Shown: positions 13,501-24,901, counted from the first letter of the stretch. The stretch is DNA of 64,000 nucleotides from Eledone cirrhosa (GCA_964016885.1 OZ024742.1:108686001-108750000), one strand, 5' to 3'. Notes: generated from the sequence alone by a model not told the origin. Numbers and translations are program-made.

Positions 13501-14397
13501 AACCGAATCTTGTCCTAGCCCGTCAGCATTCATCTCCTCAGTGGCCGTATCTCTGTTCCAGGTATTATTTATCTCAGTATTCAGATCATTGTCTGCTTCG
13601 GGTGGTTCCTCCGTTCTCAGGACCTCCTCACCTTCATTTCCCGCCGGCTCGCTTGTCTGGCATACTACACCCGCCATCTCCGAGCCATTCTCTCTGCTCA
13701 GTTCCTCCAGTTCCAGCTCGCTTATCCACCCATTAGTTCTTATTACCCGAGCCTGCCCGGCCAATTTTTGTTCATCTAATTTAAATAAACCAATCTCGTT
13801 CCAGATGTTATGCATCCGTCTCCTGTAGCCCCTCTCCTTGGGGTTACTTTTCAGGTAGCATTGCATAACAGTTCTATTCAATTCTTTCGTCCAGTTGGTT
13901 CTGGCCCCTTTCCTTCTTCTTCTTCCTCCAACATCAGCAGTATTTGGTTGACAGTCAGGTTCCTGCTGCTGAGCCAGGGGGCACCTGTTGGGTGAGAGTC
14001 TGTCACATGACGTTCTAGTCTCCATTTCACCGTTATTCGAACTGTTTATGTTCGATATTTAAACACTCTTATCGAGGATTGGCGAACGTATGTTTACATA
14101 GCCATCTGTGGATCCGCCATCCCACTTGGCCCTTGTGTGGCATTATCACCACGCTGTATACGGACACACATAAACAAACAAACACACGGGCAGAAAGGGC
14201 CCCAAAAATGAATAAGCATAAGTTTCATTGTAATGTAGTATTCGAATGTCTGACTTAGTTTTTGTTTTTTAAGTTTTACTTTTTCCCCCCTCTTCTCTGT
14301 CCGTCCGCCTGCTTCTCTCTTCATTCTTATTTTCTTTACGTTTTTGGGGTTTCTTTTTTTGTTTTTGTTTTTCTCTGTTTGTTTTTCTCGTTTTTTG

Positions 14398-14404
<7 letters not shown>
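10560..14404 (-). mobile_element. Full-length Dong/R4-clade non-LTR retrotransposon inserted in (TAA)n
   Basis: Single ORF, about 380-bp 5' UTR, about 70-bp 3' UTR; (TAA/ATT)n tracts at 10489-10558 and 14405-14465. Confidence 0.85.
10633..14025 (-). CDS. Reverse transcriptase plus restriction-like endonuclease (RLE) polyprotein, 1130 aa, intact
   Basis: RT motifs KSPGPDG, YRPITCL, IDYRKAFD, IFQGDSLSP, LFMDD, YKYLG; CCHC knuckle CRICGEREETVAHIVSEC; RHD and RPDLVVVD..IVDVACP..EREKINRY endonuclease motifs. Confidence 0.95.
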   Translation of the reverse strand: METRTSCDRLSPNRCPLAQQQEPDCQPNTADVGGRRRRKGARTNWTKELNRTVMQCYLKSNPKERGYRRRMHNIWNEIGLFKLDEQKLAGQARVIRTNGWISELELEELSRENGSEMAGVVCQTSEPAGNEGEEVLRTEEPPEADNDLNTEINNTWNRDTATEEMNADGLGQDSVDILNLVVDELNNDSGRPMNLRFVDRKKLKETTAKVNKVIPYLEARSLHQCNNILKATANTVRKLLGIKARGNNRQERAEPWWKKRLSGQIGEMRNDIGKLESLLNGTLKNIGTKNRLEIKYKTRSKKLNIIIEELKQRIVAKSAKIRRYENRVSQYKQNRMFDNNQKMLFGQLEGKERGNDLIPGAEQAKTFWRGIWEQDVRHNAQAGWIETVQREIGEQAQQQTDLSITVETLKGQAKKLTNWKSPGPDGVQGYWIKHLTSLHPKLTAMFNDCLVSGEVPEWLTKGTTVLIMKDRSKGNDVTNYRPITCLPVMWKLLTSIVSEEIYHHLHTNNLLPDEQKGCRKKSRCTKDQLLIDKMVMGNCRRRHTDLAMGWIDYRKAFDMVPHSWITKSLEIFRVADNIRQLLGRSMGSWETELTSTGVSLGSVKIKRGIFQGDSLSPLLFVLALMPLTIMLRKVRAGYKLGRGELTINHLLFMDDLKLFGKSEKELDVLVDTVRIFSSDICMQFGIGKCGVIVMRRGRLSRSNGIQIPTGEMIKEIDSEEGYKYLGVLEADGIKNKKMKELLRTEYIRRVRSVLKSHLNSRNAISAVNSRAVSIIRYSAGILRWNVAEQKEMDRKTRKLLTIYNMFHKRSDVDRLYLRRSEGGRGLISIEDCVQMEKNNLYKYVTYSKEPMLRAVLKEGTVGQGISKEEITSRRKSSLKGKSLHSTFFEKTEFRDPQTWNWLRRGDLKKATEGMLMAAQEQALKTKWLKHHIYKEEASPLCRICGEREETVAHIVSECKHLAQTHYKGWRHDVMGRVIHWHLCKVNNLPHSEKWYEHRPEAVMENSQVKVLWDFRIQTDKKLEHNRPDLVVVDKEKRSCLIVDVACPFDTRVQEKEREKINRYQDLKWEVKRIWNCHEVKVIPIVIGALGTISKGFQGWLKKIGPFTLFGTLQKACLLGTARTLRYVLNI

Positions 14405-14466
<62 letters not shown>

Positions 14467-14555
14467 TCTACATTCCTTACATCAAACTAAAATATGTTGA
14501 CAATCTTTTAATAATGTCTTCTTGTGAAGTTTGTGGTCTTGTTTTGCTTAACTAA

Positions 14556-14641
<86 letters not shown>

Positions 14642-14823
14642 TATGTATATATACATACTAGCGGAAATGATGTCCAGTTTGGTTTGTATTTGCAGCCTGG
14701 ATTTAAACGTTATTACACCACGTTACATTTTGCATTGGGATAGATCGTGAATCGTCGCAGATATATACAAGTATTTTGTATAATATACTCTATTGCAAAT
14801 ATATTTAATTTTAATTGACGTAA

Positions 14824-14932
14824 TTCCTCTTCTGATTGATTCGCGTCTCCCATAACTTAACCAAAATCGATAGATTACTTAGATCGATATTAAGTTATGG
14901 TCTTCCTCGAATCATGAAATGGCCATAAGGAA
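14824..14932 (+). ncRNA. Hammerhead-shaped RNA with atypical core (CUUCUGA)
   Basis: TTCCT-CTTCTGA-tTGATTCG...CCATAACTTAA...TTAAGTTATGG...CGAATCAt-GAAA-TGGCCA-TA-AGGAA; all stems pair but G5 and A6 are changed. Confidence 0.55.
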
Positions 14933-15203
14933 ATAAGAACTTTTTCCATCCGACGTGCGTATTCTTCATAGATATATGTACATACTATATATGTTATGAT
15001 ACCTTAAATTTCTATATAACTGGTCTGAATTAATTATTTGTTGAGTTGCTGTGACTAACATTTCGCACTTCTTTCTAGCGGAAATGACGTCCAGGAGCCC
15101 TTGAGTGTATAAGTCAATTTTTCATTCAGTATGCATATATACATACATATGTTTATATAATATTTACATATGTATATACACGTGTGATTGCGTGTGTCGG
15201 TAT

Positions 15204-15297
<94 letters not shown>

Positions 15298-15298
<1 letters not shown>

Positions 15299-17427
15299 TC
15301 TTTATTTGCACAGGGGTGTACAAAAATGGGACATTACAAGACGTGACGGCGGTGTTTTTACATTAATAAATAACAATAAACTATATATAATAAAATAACA
15401 ATTGAAATCCCCAATAGGGGGGAACGTTTCTGCAGGGTTGTTTTACACCCGTGGATAGAACAACCCTCAACACCAGAAACACGTTTTGTAGGTGTTCCTG
15501 TCTTCCCTCTGTTTATCTTCCTCAACCTACAGGTTTATATACAGAGAAGGCCCATTCACTCGGGTCATTTTCGCCACATTCACCCACCTTTCAGCGAATT
15601 TACTGGGGTGTAGCACCTCTCTCTCCACTCTCACCTTGCTTCTGAAGTGGTACTTAAAGAAGGGGATAAGTTGTTGTCCGGAGAGAAAGGTGTTTGCCCT
15701 AGAGTCCTTTTCACCTCGTCCACCATATTACCTCTTTCGCCATAGCCATCAGACATAGGAAAACCGCCTCTCCTTCATTCTTAAATGAAGGCGGCGGGGT
15801 GATCCTCACGATGGACTCGGCTGACAACTGGATGCGTCCCACGCGTGACAGTAGCTGTTCGACATAATTCCACAGGTCGGTCACCCCTGGGCACTGAACA
15901 ATTGCGTGCAGAACGGTTTCGATGTCCTGCTCGCATCTTGGACAGGTCCTGTTGGCAGTATCTCTGCCAGGGCGTCCGTGCCTATAGATTTTGTCTCGAA
16001 CTGGTAGAGCTCCTCGGTAGCACTGCCAAGCCAGAGACCTCTGGAAGTTATTCATAGGCCCTGGGCAGAAAGTCCTCCCGAACAGACTGGTCAGTTCGTC
16101 CTCCTCGATGCCTAGAGTCTCCCCGAGAACGTCGTCGCACTTATCCTCCACTAATACCCTATAGAATGTCGAAGTGGAGTCTCCGCTGATTGCCGTTTTC
16201 GCTTGGTAGAGGGCTGTGAGCGCCTGAAGGCACTCAAGGTGCCAGGCACCCATTTTCGGTCTTCTTTGACCTAGGACTGCAGCTCTGTTAGTGAGACGAG
16301 TTGTGGAAGAGCTTGTCTCACAAACGACAGCCACACCGGTTCGGCGGTCAGGAATACCTGGATATGGCGTAGTCTCAGCGTGTGTTTGCGCATCATCAGC
16401 CATGGCATGCCCAGCCCTCCGTTAGAAAGGTGTTAACAGCAGATGGATCTCCTCACCAATGGCATGAACACTTACCTTTTCGTTTACTGGAGGTCGGGTT
16501 GTTCGAACTCCATGTCCAGGTTGGGGGTGTTGGGGGGGGATCCTTTTAGCAGGACACGGTTAAGGGGTTTTTGGCAAGGGGGGGGGGGCACATATGTGGG
16601 AAGTTCCTTTTTAAAGTTTCGTATTGTAGGGTTGTTACCCTGATAAGTTTGAGGTTTGGGGGTGGATCGTTGGTGGAGAAGGTTTTCCCTTCCGTTTGTA
16701 TTGTGGAGTCCTTTCGGACAGTTTTCACCAGTTCTTTGTTTCTTGTTTTTATGTATGTGTAATGTGTTTTGTTTTATATGTATACTGTTTCTGTTTGTAG
16801 TTTTCTTTTTGTGGTTGGGATTTGTGATTGTGGTGGTGTGGGTGTTTGTTTTGTTAGTGAAGTGTCTGTTTGTGTTGTTGGTGTGGTTGTCGTTTGTGGC
16901 GGTATGTTTATGTCAGTGTTGGGTGTGTGCGTGTTTTCAGTTGATGTTTTTGTTGTATTTTTTCTGTGTCTTTTTTGCTTCTTGGATTTTGGGTGTTCCT
17001 CTTCAGCCTCACTTGGAAATGTAGAGGTTTCCTTGTCTGAGGTGTTATCATTGAGGGTAGGTGGAAAGGGTATGTTGTGTTGTGGTGGAGTGTTTGTGTG
17101 CGTGTTTGTGCGAGTGTTGGACAGAGGGGGAAGGGGAATTTTTGGTGTGGTGTCTTTTGTGGTTTGTGATGGTTGGGTGAATGTTGATGGTTTGGGGGTT
17201 GTGTTTCTTGTTTTCGGGTGTGTCTGTTGTAGTTTTTGGGTTGGCAACAACGCCTTCTTTTGTTTTTCCACATCCAGCATTAGGCAAAATGCTTTTAAAT
17301 GTGTGTTTTGTCCACATTTGAAACATTGTGGTCTTTTGCCCTCCACTGCGATGTGGATAACATGGTTATCATCCACCGGCACCCTTTCCGGTATTTTTTC
17401 AATCCTCTCCGGTTTCGTTTGAACCAA
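15298..17427 (-). mobile_element. Tx1-type LINE copy 3: 5'-truncated, with the ORF1 3' half joined directly to the ORF2 C-terminal part
   Basis: ORF1 knuckle CFKCGQNTHLKAFC near 17280-17325; junction near 16468; ORF2 C-terminus CPRCEQDIETVLHAIVQC; (GATA)n on both flanks. Confidence 0.85.
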
Positions 17428-17440
17428 TAGATAGATAGAT

Positions 17441-17532
17441 TTCTTTATTAGCCACAAGGGCGCAACAAGAAAGGGGACAATACAAAGACATGCCGGGGAT
17501 TTTACATACAGTCGTGTAAAAAATATAAAAAC
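17441..17532 (-). mobile_element. Tx1-type LINE copy 4: about 90-bp extreme 3' end
   Basis: Matches 970-1055; GATA repeats on both sides. Confidence 0.8.
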
Positions 17533-17569
<37 letters not shown>

Positions 17570-17806
17570 TGTTTCTTTATTAGCCACAGGGGCACAAAAG
17601 AAGGGGACAAATACAAAGGGGGAAGTTTACATACAATAAAAACGTGTAAAATACTATCACAAATGCAATTTAAAAGTTAATCGATTTTCCCCAATAGGGG
17701 AGACATTTCATATGGGTAGCACATACCCCCGAAAAAATGTTCAACCCACATCTCCAGGAGTACGAAGAGTTTGTACCCCTTTCCTCTCCTCCTCTTTTTC
17801 CTCAAC

Positions 17807-20800
17807 CTACAGGCTGATATAGAGAGAAAGCACATTCACTCGGGCCATTCTCTCCACTTTCACCCACCTTTCATAAAACTTACTGGGGTACAGCACCTCT
17901 CTCTCCATCCTGATTCTTCTTCTAAAGTGGTATTTGAATATAAGAATCAGTTGTTGGTCGGAGAGAAAGGTGTCTGACCTCAGCCCTTTTAACCTCGTCC
18001 ACCATACAACCTCTTTCGCCATAGCTATCACACAAAGGAAAACCGCCTCTCCTTCGTTTTTGAAGGAGGGTGGCGGTTTGATTATGACAATGGACTCGGT
18101 GGTCAACCGGATTGGTCCCACCCGCGACAATAGTCGTTCTACATAGCCCCACAGGTCGGTAACGCCCGGGCAGTGTACAAATGCGTGCGTAACGGTTTCT
18201 TCGTCTCGCACGCATCTCGGACAGATCTTTTTCAAAGGGTCCCTGCCCGGGCGCCCATGTCTGTAGAACTTGTCTCGAACTGGTAGAGCTCCTCGGTAGC
18301 ACTGCCATGCCAGGGACTTTTGGAAGTTATCCATCGGTCCCGAGCGGAAGGTCCTACAGAAAAGACTGGCCATTTCGTCTTCCTCTTCGCACTTGCTGCG
18401 GATCAACCCTCTATAGAATGACGAAGTGGAGTCTCCACTGATCGCCGGGTTCGCCTGCCAGAGGGCTGTGAGCGCCTGAGCACATTCGATGTGCCAGTCG
18501 CCCATTTTCCTCGGTCTTTGCTTGACCCAGGACTGCAGCTCGGTCAGCGAGACTAGTCGTGGGAAGGCTCGCCTCACGAACGGGGCCCACACCGGTTGTC
18601 CGGTGAGGAATACATAGAGATACCGCAGCCTGAGCGCGTGTTTGCGCATCGTCAGCTACGGCATCCCCAGCCCTCCGTTGTAAGGGTGGTGGAAGCAGAT
18701 GGATCTTCTCACCAAAGGAGCCCGCTTCTGCCAAAGGAATCGGAAGAGCGCGCTCCATTTTGGTGAGCGTTTTGGCTGGACAAGGCACGACGGTCAAGCG
18801 GTAGTAGATGACGGACGCTATAAAAGTGTTCGCCACCTCCGCTCGACCTTTCAAGGATAGTTTGCACTCGGCCCACTTCTGGGTGAGTGCAAACACCTTG
18901 GCCGTCACCTCGTTCCAGTTCTTCTCCACCTGGAGGTCTGGACCAAACCAGACCTCGAGCAGCTCTACCGGTCCTTTCGTCCAGCGTCCCACGACGCCAT
19001 CGGAAGGCATCGGTTTGCCTCTCCACGATCCGAATTGCATACCGATGGACTTGTCCCGGTTCAGCTTCGCTCCTGTGAACCTTTCGTATTCCTTCAGTAA
19101 GGTGCCGACTTCCTCGATTTGCGAGGTGCTCGACACCATTACTGTCACGTCGTCTGCGTAGGCCGACGCCGCTTTCCGCAGTCCCTGTTCCCGAGGGATG
19201 CCCTGCAATAGCTCCAGCTTCCGCAGTAGTGGCTCGAGAGTCAGTACGTACAGAAAGGAAGAGAGAGGGCATCCCTGTCGGACGAATCGCGTGATATGGA
19301 ACGGCTCCGAGAGGTAGCCGTTCACCTTGACCCTTGAGCAGATGTAGCTGTTGTTCATTGCAGCAATCCAGCTCCTGAACACGGGTCCGAAGCCTGCCTT
19401 GCTCGAGCACCGCATCCAGGTAACGATGGTCAACCCTATCGAAAGCATTAGACTGATCCATGTTGATCAGGGCCCCACCGAAGCCGGGTTGCACCCTACC
19501 CTCTCTATGATGTATCGCATGAGGTGGAGGTTGCCGTGTATGGACCTGGTCGGGAGTGCGCATGTCTGTGCTTCTCCCACCAGGTTTTCGACGACAAGCG
19601 CCAGCCTCTTTGCCAACACCTTGGCCAAAATCTATAATTCTGTGTTTAGCAGAGTTATGGGCTGGAAGTTGCCTATGTCATCCCCCTTATTCTCGTAGTT
19701 CCTGACTAGTGTGACTACGCCCCTCCTCACAGAACTGGGAATTCTCCCGTTCTGCTGCCAGTTGCAGTAGACCGCTTCCAGGAGACCGGAGAACAAGTCC
19801 GGCATTGTTACGTAAAATTCGTAGGGTAGACCGTCGAGACCTGGAGACTTGCGTTTGCCGCATTGGCTCAGCGCGTCCCCTATCTCAGCGGCTGAAATCG
19901 GCTTTTCGCAGAACTTCGCCTCGCTGTCCGAGAGTCGCGGTAGGCCGTCGAGGTATGGACCGAAATCCATAGCCCCTCCCGGCGTGCCGCTCTGCCCGAA
20001 CAGCTGAGTAAAGTGCCGCTGAAAGGCCGCGCACATCTGCTTCGGCTCACGTATCACGCGTCCGTCTTCGTCCTTCAAAGACCGAATCGTGGACTTGTTG
20101 CCACTTTTTGCCTCCGTCACCCGGGCCCAGCTAACAGCTTTGGTTCCCTCGTTACCCTGAGCACATATTTTGCTTCTGACAACGCAGCCCTTGTGCTTTG
20201 CGTCGAAGAACTGGTCCAAGGCCGTTCTCGTTGCTAGCACGCTGGCTACGTTACCACTTCTAATTGCCTCTTCTACTTTATCTGTCAGTTCCTTCTCGGT
20301 CCTATTTCTATTTAACGCTAATTCTTTACTAAAAACTAACGAGTCTAATCTAACTGCCCTCTTGAGAGAATACCACCATCTGTTGTTGACAATGACCCCT
20401 GTCAAGTGCTGTTTAACTAAAGTGCTAATCCGTCTACTGTAGGCTTTGCATGTCGGTCACGACAAGTTCAGCTTCCAGTAGCCGGGTCCTTGTCTATGGG
20501 TTCTATCAAGGTAGACCATGCAGGTCACTAGTTTGTGATCTGAATAGGCAACCATGAACATTTGTGGACAGCTTAATATGTCCCTATCTTTATTTCTAGC
20601 TAGAACCCTATCTAGGTACGATCTAGATGTTCCACTACGATTAGTCCACGTCCACAGTGGGACAGTCGGAAAATCTAGTCGATATCTATCGGCCAGGTCA
20701 AATCGGCCGATTAACTGTTTGAGACTGTTACACCCCCATTTATCGGGACATGCTCCCACATAATCCCAACGTGCATCTAGGATTCCATTCCAGTCCCCCA

Positions 20801-21215
20801 CTAAAAGCAAGGAGCGGGACATTCCCAGAAAAGTCTCTAGACGTTTGAAGAAGTCTGGCCGCTGTGTCCCGGATGGGGCATATGCGGCCACCAGCCTGAA
20901 GGCTCCACCTTCACTACCTTCAACGTCTAGGACCACCAGTCGACCCTCCGGGTTCAGGTGTATCGTCTGTGTTACGAGGTCTAGGTGTTTCCGCAGCAAA
21001 ACAGCAACCCCGCCCCCACCTCCCGGCTGACAGAGAGATGCGTAGATCTCAAAGTCGTCGAAGATGGGGGCCATCTGTCGCTTGCTGTGGATCCTGGACT
21101 CGCAAATGACTACTACATCCATACTGTGCGACCTGAGGTCGTTTAAGAGTTTGCCCTGTTTCCAGGGCATCCCCAGGCCGCGTACATTCACACATCCAAC
21201 TCTTATATTGGCCAT
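17807..21215 (-). pseudogene. Tx1 ORF2: APE endonuclease, RT and C-terminal zinc finger; disrupted
   Basis: NVRG, LVGDWN, SYLDR, SDH, GPGYWKLN (APE); KSPGLDGLP, PITLLN, RQGCPLS, YADD (RT); CPRC..EETVTHAFVHC; split into at least five frames. Confidence 0.9.
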
Positions 21216-23306
21216 GTTGGTGCTGAAAATTTAAAAGAAGAGGAAAAGGAATCACTCACCTCTTCGTCTCCTGGGGACCAGGCTGCACAATATTCATGGG
21301 GGTGTTGGAGGGGTTGTTTGGTAGGGAGGTGGTCCCTGGCGGGGGGAGATGTTGGTGGGGAGGGGTGTCTGGTAGGGTGGGGTGTCTGGGGTGGGGTGGG
21401 GAAACGTTTCAAGAGGACGCGGCTCGTTGGTTTAACACACATATTCCCCACGTCCTCAGCAAAGTTTTCCTTTAAGGACTTATAGGTGTCCGTAGGGACC
21501 CTAATCATCCTTAAATTAGGTTTGTCTTTACATTTGGTAAAATAATTTCCTTCGGTTTCCACGGAAGGGTTTTTGGAGATGACCTCCATCAAGGTTTTAT
21601 TGTCAGTGTTTATGTATGTATAATATTTTTGTTGTGTTGTGTTAGTTTTTGTCTGTTGTTCTTGTGTGTGTTTTCGTTTTGTTGTGGGTATTTGTGTTTG
21701 GAGTGTTGTCATTGTTTTGTTTTCGGGAGGGGGGATTTTTGTTTGTAATGTTTGTGTTGTTTGTGTTGGTGGTTGTATGTTTGTTGCCTTTTTGTTCGTG
21801 TTATGTCTTTTTTCTTTTTTTGTGTGTGGGGGGGCGGAGGGTTTCTCCCTCATCATCACTAAGTTAAGACGAGGGGGCTTCATCCGTTGTGGTGTCTGTT
21901 TGATTAGGGAGCTGTTGTGCTTGTGGGTGTTTTGGGATTTGTTTTAGGTGGGGATAGGGTTGGGTGGGACTGTGTTTGCAGTTTGGTTTGTTTTTGTTAT
22001 TTTTGTGTGCTGTTGTTGTTATTTTTGTGTGCTGTTGTTGTTGTTGTGGTGGTGGTTGTGTTGTGTTAGGTGTCGGCAGTAGTGCCTTTTTTTTAATGCA
22101 GTTAAGTGAGGACAGGAAGCTCTCGGGTGACCAGTGCTTAAACACTGGTAACATGAAGGCCGCCTACCCTCAACAGAAATGTTTATGTAGGAATTTCCAT
22201 CCAGAGGCACACGTTGTGGTATTCTAGCTATCCGTTCTGGTCTCATTTGGACCAGAACTTCTAAGCTTGTACCGTTGAATATGCTCCTGGAGGACTTTCC
22301 TACCGAAATTACTGTATCTTCATCAAAATTGATGAAACCAGCTAATATCCACCAAATGTTTACATTTGGTGTGATATTTGTTACTCTTATTTTGGGGGTC
22401 CTTTTTCCCATATATGTGGGCGAAAAGGTGTAGAGGGGGGACACAATTGGCGACACAATATTTCTGTGCCGTCAATTGATCTTTCATTATGGCAGTATCG
22501 GTAGAGGGTCGGACGCCATGCTTTCCAACATAGTTACGTCCCTTTACGATCTGAGTTCAAATCCCGCTGAGGTTGACTTTGCCTTTCATCCTTACGGGGT
22601 CGATAAAATAAAGTACCAGTAATGCACTGGGTAATTGCTGGCCTTGTGCCTAAAGTAGAAACAATTATTATTGATAAGCTCCCGAAGAGTTTTCCCTTCT
22701 GTATGAAGGTAATGTCCTTCATGGAGTTTCTTAGAACCAGCTCAATTTCGTTTTGAGTTAATGAGCTGGTTTTCTGGTGGTATTTGCCATTGTCCTGAAA
22801 ACTATAATTTTCAGGACAGTGTCTCTACGCAATTCTTGGGGAGAAGTGATACTAAAAGCGCCATTCTCCCCAAAAATTATGTATTGCTTGGCATCTCTTA
22901 GCAATTCTCCGGCATTAGATATGTCAATCTGTGTATATAGTTCCGTCTTTTGAGCAGTTTGTGCGAACGAAACCTTTTTTTCCTTGTTTGTGGAGTTGTT
23001 CTTGTTGGTGTTGTTGTCATTACTGTTGCTGCTGTTGGTATTGTTGTCATCCTTGTTGCTGTTGTTGTTGTAATTGTTGTCGTTGTTGTTGTTGTTTTTG
23101 TAGTTCTCAATTGCTTGATTTGTGGTTCTGGAATTCATTTGTGAAGTTGCGTTTTTTCTCTTGTTCAATATTTTTTGTCCCGTATGTGTTTCCATACTTT
23201 TGTTTTGGTGTGACCTATCTCGGTCACTACCTGTTGCCATAGTGACATTCATTTCAACGCTCCCATTTCCATTTTTGGCGGGAAGCGCTTTAATGTTATC
23301 ATTCAT
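21203..23306 (-). pseudogene. Tx1 ORF1 (gag-like, CCHC knuckle), frameshifted and interrupted by a SINE
   Basis: CYQCLSTGHPRASC knuckle; Asn-rich N-terminus; T/Q/P-rich linker; stop codon lies just after the ORF2 start, so the two ORFs overlap by 13 nt. Confidence 0.8.
22491..22668 (+). mobile_element. tRNA-derived SINE, short form, nested in Tx1 ORF1
   Basis: Near-identical to 34891-35078; removing it rejoins ORF1 (..GSLSIMKDQLT..). Confidence 0.9.
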
Positions 23307-24449
23307 AGTTAAAACAAATTGTTATAAATCTTTTATGAAAAACTTTCTATGAAAATTAAATTTTCGCCCTGGGGGGCGAAAATTTCAATGACCCACCCAC
23401 TGACAATTTAGTCAGAGATAGATAGATAGATAATTTATAGGTGTTTTGTTTAAGAAAAAGAAATAAGGAAGCGGTCCTTTGGTTGTTTTAACTGGAAACA
23501 TGAATGGTGTATACACGTTTCGTTTACATTGGGCTCGAGTTCTGCTTTAATTATTTAAGTCTGTTTTGTTTTTGTCTACGAGTTAGTGCAATCGACAGTC
23601 TTATTTCATAAATAATTGTTTTGTTATAGATGTATTTACGCTCATGTTTATAATTATGCATATGTATATCATACTTTGATACCGTAGTGACTGATTCCTT
23701 TAGGCAGGCGCCTGGCAAAAGTTTCTCTTTGCGGTTAAGGCTGGTTGTTTACGTATATATTAGGATACAGAGAAATTGCTAGTGCAACAGTCATTCATAC
23801 GTACATGTGTGTTTGTTTGACATTCCTCGATTCCGACGACAAGTGCTCCAGTTGTTTCGAACAACGGAACACGTGCCTATGTGTAAATACATAGATTGGT
23901 AGATCTACCTGTATGTAATTCTAAGTGTTAGTGTTGTCACATCTGATTTACACAGAATCTTCCTGGGAAATAATGCTATGGGTACCCGTCTCTATGAAAG
24001 GCTCATCTAGTTACAAGTTAATTTCGTGAGCATGCTGTTCCATTGATTGAACTAACTGGAACACTTATCGTCGTAACACACAGATTAGCATTCTAACAAC
24101 ATGTCCAACTTCCTGTCAAACTTACAAGCTAGAAATTAAACACTTTCTAACAAGATGAAGTCTAATGTGCTTTAGACACGAGTGAGGAAATATAGATGAG
24201 TGGTTATGTGAGACACATCAAAGACTATCAGGGAAATAATTGAACAAATGTGTCTGAGAAATATCGATTGCGTATTGTTTGTCTTTCAGAGATGTTGTCA
24301 TCGAACAGTTCGATAAGTTTTCAAACTTCCCCTTTGATAGAACGCCAAATAATAATAAAATTTGTCTTCTATTAACGCATATTATCATTACACAGCCTTC
24401 AGAAATTTTGTTGAATACATTATTTTTTATCCTGTTTAAACAGCATTTA

Positions 24450-24598
24450 AGGCGGGGAAGTGGCGGAATCGTTAAAACGTCAAATAGAATGCATTACACT
24501 TTACTTTTGGCTCCCCGAATTCAAATCCCACCGAAATCAACTTCAACTTACATTCCATCGAGGTCAATATAATAATTACCAGTCTAGTATCAGGTTGA
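24450..24598 (+). mobile_element. Old degenerate copy of the same SINE family
   Basis: Residual A box TGGCGGAATCG, B box GAATTCAAATCCC, degenerate body. Confidence 0.6.
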
Positions 24599-24832
24599 TC
24601 CTTCCTCTATATCTTTCTCTCTCTATCACACACACGCATACACACACTCTTTCTCTCTTCGAAAATGGCTGTATTCAGAAATGGCTAAGGCGCACCTAAC
24701 GTTATTACAAGTCCATCGGGAGTTATGGGCCCTTCGATGGATAGATAGCAACATCTGCAGCGAGAGATTCTATTACGAGTGCAGTTAAGACGGAGATAAA
24801 TTTTCACGATGTTAATTGATCAAAGCTAAATT

Positions 24833-24901
<69 letters not shown>

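Larger units (their letters stand above)
17570..23415 (-). mobile_element. Full-length Tx1-type (L1 group) LINE, copy 5, about 5.85 kb including a nested SINE
   Basis: 5' UTR with two hairpins (23358-23385, 23400-23415), ORF1, ORF2, 3' UTR ending AATAAAGAAA; (GATA)n at 17533-17569 and 23417-23432. Confidence 0.9.

Noticed and set aside
10706-13995. Plus-strand ORFs overlapping the Dong/R4 ORF
   Set aside because: Antisense shadows of the real coding frame
21222-21259. 37-nt intron or -1 frameshift fusing Tx1 ORF1 to ORF2
   Set aside because: Removing GTGAGT..CAG does not put ORF2 in frame, the intron would be very short, and the TTTAAAT/AAATTTT heptamers are not in the slippery phase
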